DNA from: a virus | Taxonomy: Duplodnaviria; Caudoviricetes | Strand: one strand, 5' to 3' | IMG/VR virus record: IMGVR_UViG_3300025665_000467 | Location: 1 to 40,032 of that record | Length of the DNA stretch: 40,032 nt | In this document: one piece after another, positions 28,970 to 36,357 of the stretch | Layout of the letters: every line of letters begins with the position of its first letter | Position numbering within the stretch: the stretch's first letter is position 1 | Position numbers and translations under genes: made by a program | Notes under the pieces: model-generated | The model's database searches: none | What the model was told of the DNA's origin: nothing | Seen by the model: only the letters and a program-made list of their open reading frames with translations

Positions 28970-28970
28970 T

Positions 28971-29450
28971 ATGAAAGAACTTTTCAAAATATTAATAGTC
29001 AAATATAACTTCTCAACTCCAGCAGGAGAGAGATTGTATTTTGTTGCTAAAGGTTGGCTTGGTAAAGATGCCTCACCCTCTGATGTAGCTCCTGATGAGT
29101 ATGGATGTGCTGAGAGTGTGAACAATATAGTATTTACCACCTTTAATGAAGAAGTAGGAGGAGATGTATCAACTTATAGAATGTACAAAGCCTTAAAGGA
29201 GAACAAAAAGTTTGCCAAAGTTACTAAACCTTTAAGAGGAGATATAATCATCTCTCCTACAGGCTATGGAGGCACTCAGGAGGTCAAGAATGGTCACGTT
29301 GGTATAATGAGTGACAATGGTGTTATAATGTCCAACAAGAGCCAAAATGGGCTATTTAGCGTACATTACACACTGGATAGCTGGAAAGAAAGGTATCAGG
29401 TAAGAGGTAAGTATCCTATACATTTTTATAGGAGAATATTTAAGTCGTAA
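28971..29450 (+). CDS. Putative endolysin, NlpC/P60 (CHAP-like) cysteine amidase/peptidase
   Basis: YGCAESV (catalytic Cys), P.RGDIIIS, GHVGI (His), SN; between membrane proteins. Confidence 0.75.
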   Translation: MKELFKILIVKYNFSTPAGERLYFVAKGWLGKDASPSDVAPDEYGCAESVNNIVFTTFNEEVGGDVSTYRMYKALKENKKFAKVTKPLRGDIIISPTGYGGTQEVKNGHVGIMSDNGVIMSNKSQNGLFSVHYTLDSWKERYQVRGKYPIHFYRRIFKS

Positions 29451-29473
29451 ATTATTAGTTAATAATAAATAAT

Positions 29474-29647
29474 ATGCAACAATTACTTAAATCACGTACA
29501 GTAAAATTAGCAATTATTCAGGCAATAGGAGGTATAGCAATAGCAGTATTCACAGATTTAGATATGATAGGTTACGTTGGAATAGTAAAATCTCTAGTGG
29601 ACATCTCACTTAGAATGGTTACTACAAAGCCAATAGCAGAGAAATAA
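29474..29647 (+). CDS. Putative holin (57 aa, not in ORF track)
   Basis: MQQLLKSRTV..two hydrophobic segments..LRMVTTKPI, a pattern typical of small phage holins. Confidence 0.65.
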   Translation: MQQLLKSRTVKLAIIQAIGGIAIAVFTDLDMIGYVGIVKSLVDISLRMVTTKPIAEK

Positions 29648-29737
29648 AAAGTTCCGCCTAAGTTAATATGGCGGAAAAATAGATTATTAAACATTAAGTT
29701 GTTCAAACAATTTGATGTGTTAATAGTCCATACTAAT

Positions 29738-29764
29738 GAAGAGAGCCTCCTAGGGGCTTTTTTC
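29738..29764 (+). terminator. Intrinsic terminator ending late operon
   Basis: GAGAGCCTC-CTAG-GGGCTTTT + T-run; other hairpins at 29652-29675 and 29682-29728. Confidence 0.7.
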
Positions 29765-29875
29765 AGTTATACCTATTGACAAATATTTGATATATGATAA
29801 AGTGTACTAGCAATCTACTAAACGATTGACTATGCCCCAGAAGTGGGAAGTATAAACTAACCCTTATAAGTAAAT

Positions 29876-29906
29876 GAAACCCGTGTAAAAGCGGGTTTCT
29901 TTGTTT
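29876..29906 (+). terminator. Intrinsic terminator
   Basis: GAAACCCG..CGGGTTTC + TTTGTTT. Confidence 0.7.
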
Positions 29907-29937
29907 ATAAAATAAAGCCACCGATGTTTTGGTGGCT
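29905..29937 (-). terminator. Intrinsic terminator for leftward transcripts
   Basis: AGCCACC..GGTGGCT hairpin followed on minus strand by TTTATTTT. Confidence 0.65.
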
Positions 29938-29975
29938 ACCTGAAGCTGTAAAGTCCCTTAATACAGCTCAAGGAT

Positions 29976-30125
29976 TTAACTACTTGAACGATACCTACTC
30001 ATTCTACTTTCTGCTTGTCTGTGCCTGTGCATATCCCAATGTCGTGTAAAATTAAGATACCTACAAGGATAGACAATAAAGAAGAAGTAAAACACTGCTA
30101 CTGCTTTTATTACGGTTATCATCAT
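29976..30125 (-). CDS. Small membrane protein (49 aa)
   Basis: Start moved to 30125 because of AGGAGG SD upstream; N-terminal hydrophobic helix. Confidence 0.55.
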   Translation of the reverse strand: MMITVIKAVAVFYFFFIVYPCRYLNFTRHWDMHRHRQAESRMSRYRSSS

Positions 30126-30185
30126 AACCTCCTTTTTGTTTACATCTTTCTTTGAAAAGATAGAAACTTGCAAGTTTATATACAT

Positions 30186-30419
30186 TTAATCAAAATTACC
30201 TTGACCTAAGCAGTTACATTTTTGTCTTAGTTTTTGCTCCTTAGCTATACCGTCTAATATACTGGCACAACCATCACAATAGTCTATCACTAAAGTAATA
30301 CCTTTTATTGTGCCGTTTGCTACCCTCCTTAAATAGTGTTTTTGTAGGATTTTTGGTCTGAACCATACACCATTAAAGTTTACTTTTCCACATTTTAAAC
30401 ACTTCTGTACAGTTTTCAT
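30186..30419 (-). CDS. Small zinc-binding protein
   Basis: CxxC...CxxC; AGGAG SD upstream. Confidence 0.6.
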   Translation of the reverse strand: MKTVQKCLKCGKVNFNGVWFRPKILQKHYLRRVANGTIKGITLVIDYCDGCASILDGIAKEQKLRQKCNCLGQGNFD

Positions 30420-30464
30420 TTCTATTCTCCTATAAATTGTAAAGAACTATAAATAACACCCTCA

Positions 30465-30610
30465 AAGTAGCAGTCAACCGCTTTCTTGTGAAGTTATCAC
30501 AGCTTCGTAGGACGCTTATGTCGGTCGCTTTCACTTATGCTAGACTTCTGCACTCCTCCACTGCTTCACGATGTACACCTGCGGTGAGGGACTTTCGTCC
30601 ACTGCTACTT
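30465..30610 (-). ncRNA. Candidate structured RNA / 5' leader (~146 nt)
   Basis: 10-bp closing stem AAGTAGCAGT/ACTGCTACTT, GGAC-GAAA-GTCC hairpin, raised GC, upstream TTGACC-16-CATTAT. Confidence 0.5.
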
Positions 30611-30653
30611 AGAAAGAACTATTACTCTTATAATGCCATATGATTTAGGTGGG

Positions 30654-31010
30654 TCAAGTTATTGGTGTTGTTGCCCATTTAATAATATCTTTACATTGTT
30701 CAATATTACTTTCTCCAATATGTATCTCTCGCCCAAAGTGTCTTTTCATATCTTTATAAACTTTTTTTCTGTGTGCGTGTCCATTCCTCCAGATAGGGTC
30801 TATTGAAGCGTGTGCTTTCATTCTCCATCCCCTAAGCTCTTTATTTGCCATAGTCCCTAAAGCTCTCTTAGTATTCTGATGACACCCCACATACGCATCA
30901 CAGTTTTGACACCAGTAGCACATATAAGATTTACCGTAATTTCTACCATAGCGTTCTTTATTTTCGCACCATCTTGCTTCTTTTTTACAATAAGGACATA
31001 TCATATTCAT
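30654..31010 (-). CDS. Zinc-finger protein, DUF3268-like
   Basis: CPYC...YWCQNCDAYVGCH...ALGTMANKELR..R..AH..DP.W...HIG. Confidence 0.8.
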   Translation of the reverse strand: MNMICPYCKKEARWCENKERYGRNYGKSYMCYWCQNCDAYVGCHQNTKRALGTMANKELRGWRMKAHASIDPIWRNGHAHRKKVYKDMKRHFGREIHIGESNIEQCKDIIKWATTPIT

Positions 31011-31321
31011 TTACATTTATCTGTTAAAGTACAATAAGCCCACCAATACTCCTCACTGTCTTGTTCGTACTTACTATAATATTTAGGTCTGTCTTTAAGG
31101 TAAAGTCTTGTCAAACTCTCTGAACACGTCCCTGAAACCGAGCACCCACTCCATCTACCAGACTCTTCTATTTGTAACTCCCATACTTCTGGTCTTTCGT
31201 AAGCCACCGCTGTCTTGTTTTCTAATAAAATCCCTACAAAAGCTAAGACTAATACTGCAATAGTAATAAATATCATTGTGAGTATTATTGCTATGATTGT
31301 TTGGGAGCGGGGGGGTTTCAT
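31007..31321 (-). CDS. Membrane-anchored hypothetical protein
   Basis: N-terminal TM helix. Confidence 0.6.
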   Translation of the reverse strand: MKPPRSQTIIAIILTMIFITIAVLVLAFVGILLENKTAVAYERPEVWELQIEESGRWSGCSVSGTCSESLTRLYLKDRPKYYSKYEQDSEEYWWAYCTLTDKCK

Positions 31322-31334
31322 AATGTTTTAATAA

Positions 31335-31847
31335 TTAGGTACGCCAGACTGGTAAGTTTTGTTTCTTCATCTCCTCGTACTTCTCTTTGAGTCTAAGTAA
31401 AGGTGGATACACCTCATCTACTCCTACACCTGAGTCCCTCCACGCTTTAAAATGCTCGCTGTCTGGGAACTCATAACCATTCTGCATAAAAGAGTCTTGG
31501 CATTTATCTATAAAGGATTGTGTCTTTGTCTTATTCTCGTAAATATCAGCCATAGAGACCGTTACTTCCTTTCTGTTACCTCTGTCATCTAACTCCCATT
31601 TAGTGCTGTTAGTAGCCCATTTTAGCCCATTCCGAGCGTCTGAGTAGTCTTTATAGACACCAGGAAGGTGCTGGTAGAAGAAATACTGCTTTATAGCACC
31701 CTCTATAAATCCTATCTTCTCTGAATTAGCCCTCTCATCTATTGTGATGTAAGCATTTTTACCAGCGTGTTTATCCTTTAAATATATTCTCTGATTTTCT
31801 GTCAGTTCTGGTATTCCTTGACTTGATATTTTTGTGCGTGTTTTCAT
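31335..31847 (-). CDS. Hypothetical protein, possibly NinB-like
   Basis: Near SSB-like gene; C-terminal FIDK...GYEFPD pattern. Confidence 0.5.
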   Translation of the reverse strand: MKTRTKISSQGIPELTENQRIYLKDKHAGKNAYITIDERANSEKIGFIEGAIKQYFFYQHLPGVYKDYSDARNGLKWATNSTKWELDDRGNRKEVTVSMADIYENKTKTQSFIDKCQDSFMQNGYEFPDSEHFKAWRDSGVGVDEVYPPLLRLKEKYEEMKKQNLPVWRT

Positions 31848-31965
31848 ATCCCAGTTACAGAATTACGACAACTATTACAAATATTCCAACAACAATCTAA
31901 TTCTGTTATTTCCTCTAAACATTCCATACAATAGTTTTTTTGCTCTGCTTTCATATTAGTATTGG

Positions 31966-32520
31966 TTAAAAGGCATCTTCACTCAAGGGATTATCCTCTG
32001 CACTTACTTCAGGAGTTTCTTTTTCGCCAAAAGGATTTTCCCCTGTGTAAAGGGCTTCGAGGTTTATCTTCTTATCTTCATACGCTTTTGCTATTTCACT
32101 TGATAACTCTGTGTGTGGATTTGGCATTACTGCATACTTAGTTTCAAGGTCTGCACCTGTCTTTGTGATAGAGATGTCATATCCTTTAGGGTCTCCCCAT
32201 TTCTCATTCTTCACAAGAGCCATAATTGCTTGCTGTATTGTTGCCTGTGTTACTTCATATATCTGTACTGCTTTTTCTTCATAATTCCATACAGGGAAAG
32301 CCCAGAAGTGCTTTGGTTTGAATTGTCCGTTATCTAGCTTTGCGTCTTCAGGTGTCTCTGTGAATACTTCTTTTTGTCTTACTGGTTTCTTGTCTTTAGT
32401 CCAGTATTGCCACCCTACTATTGCACTGCCTAACACTCTAAAAGTGTTCTCGCCATCTTGTAGCTTTGTGTAGTTGCTGTTGCTTTTTGGTACTTCGTAG
32501 TCTTTGTTTAAAAATGTCAT
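31966..32520 (-). CDS. Putative single-stranded DNA-binding protein (gp32-like)
   Basis: YTKLQDGENTFRVL, FWAFPVWNY, WGDPKGYDI.ITKTG..LETKY.V.P; acidic C-tail ending DAF. Confidence 0.65.
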   Translation of the reverse strand: MTFLNKDYEVPKSNSNYTKLQDGENTFRVLGSAIVGWQYWTKDKKPVRQKEVFTETPEDAKLDNGQFKPKHFWAFPVWNYEEKAVQIYEVTQATIQQAIMALVKNEKWGDPKGYDISITKTGADLETKYAVMPNPHTELSSEIAKAYEDKKINLEALYTGENPFGEKETPEVSAEDNPLSEDAF

Positions 32521-32525
32521 ATTAT

Positions 32526-32849
32526 TTATTGGTTAATGTTAATTATATTTTTGTACATACTCAAGAATGGTACTCTCCACCCGTAAACTCTGAATGTATA
32601 AACCTCTTCTACTTTAATATCTCTGTAAAAGTCTGATGAGTTCCACTTCCAGTACCATAGACTATCTGTGTTTTCTAGGACTTCTTCCTCACAGAAAATA
32701 AGATATTTACTTGAATCGCTTTTTACTATCCTCTCTTTCTCTGAAACTGTACATTCAACTTCACTATCGGTCATATAAGCATACATAGGTGACAGTGAGA
32801 ACAGTCCTAATACTACAACTACTATGACTAAAATGATTATATATTTCAT
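32526..32849 (-). CDS. Exported OB-fold-like protein, DUF1523-like
   Basis: Signal/TM, V..KER, ENTDS....KWNSSD.Y, GWRVPFLSMY.NI. Confidence 0.7.
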   Translation of the reverse strand: MKYIIILVIVVVVLGLFSLSPMYAYMTDSEVECTVSEKERIVKSDSSKYLIFCEEEVLENTDSLWYWKWNSSDFYRDIKVEEVYTFRVYGWRVPFLSMYKNIININQ

Positions 32850-32992
32850 ATTATTTTAAATTAAACCTACTCTCCTGATAAATTGGGTCTGGGAGCTTCA
32901 CTACTGGACATTCCCTGCCAAAAGGGAACTCCACACCCTCATCTCCACATAACCATTCTACAAATTGTGTATCTTTATCCATAATCCTTAAT

Positions 32993-33268
32993 TTAAGCTA
33001 GTAATTGTTCGTGTAAAACATCATCATAACCACAATGGTCAATCTCTTGTCCTCTCTGCCGACCTTTAATCTTCTTATACTGTTCTCCCGCTATCTTTCT
33101 TCTTATGAAGTTTGGTATGGTCTGTAAGACCTCCCATAGCTCCTGTGTAGACTCTCCCCAGCCATCTGACATATCTAATTGATTAACTATGTCCTTTTGA
33201 ACTCTTTTAAGGTGGGGTATATCCATAGATTGTAAGTCCCTCTTGAATGTGTTAGTGTTGTAGTACAT
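32993..33268 (-). CDS. Hypothetical protein
   Basis: ORF in leftward early operon. Confidence 0.55.
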   Translation of the reverse strand: MYYNTNTFKRDLQSMDIPHLKRVQKDIVNQLDMSDGWGESTQELWEVLQTIPNFIRRKIAGEQYKKIKGRQRGQEIDHCGYDDVLHEQLLA

Positions 33269-33830
33269 ATGAGTTTTTTGGTTAAGTCCCGTTAGTAGCG
33301 GGATTTTGCTGTTAATTTAAACACTCCTCGTATAAATCTATTTCCATAATGTTTTTATTTATTTTAATAAATCTACCATCTGATTTATGTGGATACTTAT
33401 ATTTAATAAGATTCCTGCCATAAAACATAGTAAATAAAATGTTAGTTTTTCCATATTATCTTAAAATTAAAGCCCAATAAAAGAAGATGTTGATTATGGC
33501 TATCACGACAATCCAGCCAAGTATAGTGTTTATTCTATCCCTCCTAAGTAACCTTTTAAGCCTGAGTTCATAGTTCTTTTCTTTGTACCATCTGCTGTGT
33601 GATGTGTAGTTCATATTCTTTATTTCTTTAATGCTGGTAAATGTTAGTTGACTTCTTTTAATTCCACAATTACTAACTTCAAATCATCTTTATCTTTTGC
33701 AATATACTCTTTGACTACTTCTATTCCATACTTATCATTATTCTGAAGTATTGCTCTTGGTAAAATGTTGCCTTCTTCGTCTTTGATTGTTACGTATTTC
33801 ATACCCTTTTAATGTTATCTGTTAAATTTA

Positions 33831-34008
33831 ATCCCACCCATTTTGTTGTAGAGACGTTTGGTTTTTATATTCACTGTCTTTCAATAAATATTGGGGCAGG
33901 AATTTTATATGACATTACTTGCGATAACTTAAGCTGTTTACTTTTCAGTAAGACCGAAGTGTCGTCGTTGTAATGTCGCATACATCTCTACAAGAAGATG
34001 GGGAGGAT
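33831..34008 (-). ncRNA. Candidate structured RNA / RNase III-type leader downstream of the repressor-like gene
   Basis: ~27-bp imperfect outer stem, inner GACATTAC/GTAATGTC stem, TTACT-GAAA-AGTAA hairpin; G-U pairs form on minus strand. Confidence 0.5.
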
Positions 34009-34022
34009 ATTTGGTTGTCAAA

Positions 34023-34235
34023 CTACTTAATAATAATTCCTCTTGGTACATCTTTTAATCTTTTGATGTAACCTGCTTCAACAAGTTTTTTAATTCTGTA
34101 ACTTGCGACACTCACTGACTTCAACTTGAACTTCTTGCAAATCTCATCCAAGCTCGGCATATATCCATTTTTACTATTAAAGTCTTTTAGATATTGTAGA
34201 GTCTGGTGTTGCGGTTTTGTTAATGGTTTTCTCAT
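34023..34235 (-). CDS. LexA N-terminal-like winged-helix DNA-binding protein (no peptidase domain)
   Basis: LT..Q...L.YL......GYMPSLDEI...F.LKS.S.....IK.L...GYI.R.....RGI. Confidence 0.85.
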   Translation of the reverse strand: MRKPLTKPQHQTLQYLKDFNSKNGYMPSLDEICKKFKLKSVSVASYRIKKLVEAGYIKRLKDVPRGIIIK

Positions 34236-34241
34236 ATTGTA

Positions 34242-34288
34242 AGTATATAGTATCTAATTAGTTTGTAAAGGGGTGGGGTGTTGATAAC
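34242..34288 (-). promoter_or_regulatory. Near-leaderless promoter of LexA-like gene with GTTATCAACA box
   Basis: GTTATCAACA-9-TTTACA-16-TATACT-6-ATG. Confidence 0.65.
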
Positions 34289-34302
34289 TTTCTACGGCTG
34301 TA

Positions 34303-35949
34303 TTAAAGGAGTTTTTGCTGTTTGATAGCTTTCAATCTCGCCTCTGTTATCTCTACATATTCTTTTTCTCTTTCAATCCCTATGTAATCTCTGCCTGTGT
34401 TTTTAGCAGCAATAAGTGTTGTGCCTGAACCTGCAAAGGGGTCTAGTACAATCCCCCCTGTTGGTGTCTTAGTTAGTGTAGATAGGTATTCCATAAGTGC
34501 TAGGGGTTTAACTGTTGGGTGATGGTTCTTCAATGAACGTACTACATTATGTTTATTTCCCTTTTCAAAATCTATATTCCCTCTTTTAAGTTCCGCCTTA
34601 GCTTGATTACCTTGTGCAATTAACTTCTCCTCCAACCCCTCACACCCTGCATTCCTTTCACTCTTGCTTGCTTTTGCACAGTAGAAGAAGCGAGATGCAC
34701 CGCCTTTGTCTTTAAAACCACCAGTTGCTTGTCCTTCAAATTGTAAAACCCCCATTTTGCCTTTTGATTTTGCACCAGTACCACCTGAACTATAACTCTC
34801 CCCACTCTGCTCATCTAACATCTTACCTGCTTCTTCGTCTAGGATTATGTTTGCTGGGAAGCGACCAGTGGGGTTATAATCTTCTGGTGGTCTATTATCT
34901 GGTTGGTATATTCCATTTTTAGCAGAATTTCTTACAACTGATTTTGGATATTTAGCGTGTTGATTTTTCCCTTTGCTTTCTTTTTCATCATCTTCATTTT
35001 GAAATCCAACCCTCCCCCCATCTATATTCAACCCTGCCACACCATACTTAATCGCATTGTTAGCATAAGTTCCGTCATTAGGTTTTACTGCTACTAAGAT
35101 AGGTTCATATGCTGGCTTTAGCCCATGTGATTTCCATCCGTTCCAGCTTCGTGTTTCTTGTGCAAGGAATTGTTGGCAAATAGCACAAGGTTCTGGATTG
35201 AGTTGTTGCTCGGATTGTGGTCTATGTGATGTACCACCTCCGTTCTCGTCAGCAACCTCTTTAGATGTTGAGCCATTACCAGTCTGTGTTGCATTATGTA
35301 GCCGTCCTTTCTCGCCATCGCTAGATATTCCTTTGGACATCTTTGATATATCACTCCCTTGTAATTTCCCTTTGGTCTTTTCAAGGTTATTCCCCCCTTC
35401 CAAAATCCGTTCTTTTCTCCCCTTACCGCTTTCTTTGGGTTCTTCCCTTTGCATTGTGCCGTGTATACTTTGTTCCGACAGCTCCGACTGCAAAACTTCC
35501 CCTTGTTTATCTTTAGGGTTGATGGTCTGCGATACATCTTGTTCGGACACAGGTCGCACTTCACGTTCGGCTTTCTGTTTGGCTTCATACAGTTCCATAT
35601 TACCACAAGTGCATTTCTTCAACAACTGTTTGTGTATGTCTGTTGCTTTAGGAAATCCACTGCCGTATAGATACATAATCGTATCCTTTAACTCAAACCC
35701 AGCGTCTTCTACATTCACAGCCATTCTATGTTGTGTCCTGCTTCCTGCAAAGATTAGAGCTGTACCGCCTGGCTTTAAAACTCTTAAACACTCTTTCCAA
35801 AGCTCTACTTGAGGTACATCATAATCCCAATGTTTACCCATAAAAGAAAGTCCGTAAGGTGGGTCTGTTATTATTGTGTCTATTGAGTTATCTTCAAAAG
35901 TTTTAAGAACTTCTAAACTGTCTCCTTGATATATTTTATTTGTTTCCAT
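34303..35949 (-). CDS. DNA N6-adenine/N4-cytosine methyltransferase (beta class) with ~160-aa in-frame insertion
   Basis: ITDPPY, GSGFPK, LKPAYEPI, GRFPAN, SRFFYCAKAS, HPTVKP, VLDPFAGSGTT. Confidence 0.93.
   Translation of the reverse strand: METNKIYQGDSLEVLKTFEDNSIDTIITDPPYGLSFMGKHWDYDVPQVELWKECLRVLKPGGTALIFAGSRTQHRMAVNVEDAGFELKDTIMYLYGSGFPKATDIHKQLLKKCTCGNMELYEAKQKAEREVRPVSEQDVSQTINPKDKQGEVLQSELSEQSIHGTMQREEPKESGKGRKERILEGGNNLEKTKGKLQGSDISKMSKGISSDGEKGRLHNATQTGNGSTSKEVADENGGGTSHRPQSEQQLNPEPCAICQQFLAQETRSWNGWKSHGLKPAYEPILVAVKPNDGTYANNAIKYGVAGLNIDGGRVGFQNEDDEKESKGKNQHAKYPKSVVRNSAKNGIYQPDNRPPEDYNPTGRFPANIILDEEAGKMLDEQSGESYSSGGTGAKSKGKMGVLQFEGQATGGFKDKGGASRFFYCAKASKSERNAGCEGLEEKLIAQGNQAKAELKRGNIDFEKGNKHNVVRSLKNHHPTVKPLALMEYLSTLTKTPTGGIVLDPFAGSGTTLIAAKNTGRDYIGIEREKEYVEITEARLKAIKQQKLL
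35118..35588 (-). CDS. HNH homing-type endonuclease with N-terminal zinc ribbon, nested in +1 frame inside the MTase gene
   Basis: CDLC...FCSRSC, GEKNGFWKGG, GYIMQHRLVM..HL.R.L...EVVHHIDHNPSNN.IQNL; ATG at 35588 preferred over GTG 35606. Confidence 0.88.
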   Translation of the reverse strand: MKPNRKPNVKCDLCPNKMYRRPSTLKINKGKFCSRSCRNKVYTAQCKGKNPKKAVRGEKNGFWKGGITLKRPKGNYKGVIYQRCPKEYLAMARKDGYIMQHRLVMAQHLKRLLTRTEVVHHIDHNPSNNSIQNLVLFANNSLHKKHEAGTDGNHMG

Positions 35950-35956
35950 ACTACTA

Positions 35957-36002
35957 ATTATATACGATATACTTTCTATGTAAACCCCACAGTGTTGATA
36001 AC
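35957..36002 (-). promoter_or_regulatory. Near-leaderless promoter of MTase with GTTATCAACA box
   Basis: GTTATCAACA-8-TTTACA-16-TATAAT-7-ATG. Confidence 0.7.
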
Positions 36003-36209
36003 CTCAAACTATGATACAATACCCCCAGTCGCTCATTACACAACTACATATTCTTTTCCAATCCCCCTACTCTTAGGGGTTTTGGTTTGTCCCCCCTATC
36101 AGATAAGAGGGAAGTGTGGTAGACTGTAATAGCAACGTGATACGGTACCCAATATACTACAAGCAAACACCACTCACTGTAACAGGTGGGTGTTGTTGTT
36201 TTGAAAAGC

Positions 36210-36343
36210 TTGACAAATAAACCTAGATAGATTAGTATATAGAGATGCACAAACTCGAAAAACTAATTATATATTTAATTACAAGCAGGGAGTTGTGTAT
36301 CAGGGTTTTTTTCGAGACCCGTGCAGTACACAGCTCCCTTTTT
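36210..36343 (+). promoter_or_regulatory. Promoter plus attenuator-like leader of replication gene
   Basis: TTGACA-17-TAGTAT; terminator AGGGAGTTGTGTA/TACACAGCTCCCT+TTTT; upstream complement 36246-36262. Confidence 0.6.
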
Positions 36344-36357
36344 GTCGGTAAATTATT

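Noticed and set aside
30465-30610. RNase P RNA or hammerhead ribozyme (GAAAGTCC motif)
   Set aside because: Too short, no matching P4 partner strand, and no CTGATGA core
35140-35613. Intein in the methyltransferase
   Set aside because: The insert starts with Cys but has no recognisable splicing blocks or terminal His-Asn followed by C/S/T; the endonuclease is in a different frame
35118-35613. Group I/II intron in the methyltransferase
   Set aside because: The HNH ORF occupies essentially the whole insert, no ribozyme core is visible, and the host frame is open
35198-35812. 204-aa plus-strand ORF
   Set aside because: Antisense shadow of the MTase/HNH region; no motifs and a non-ATG start
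29976-36000. Integrase/lysogeny module
   Set aside because: No tyrosine or serine recombinase or ParA motifs seen; the LexA-like protein lacks the autocleavage domain
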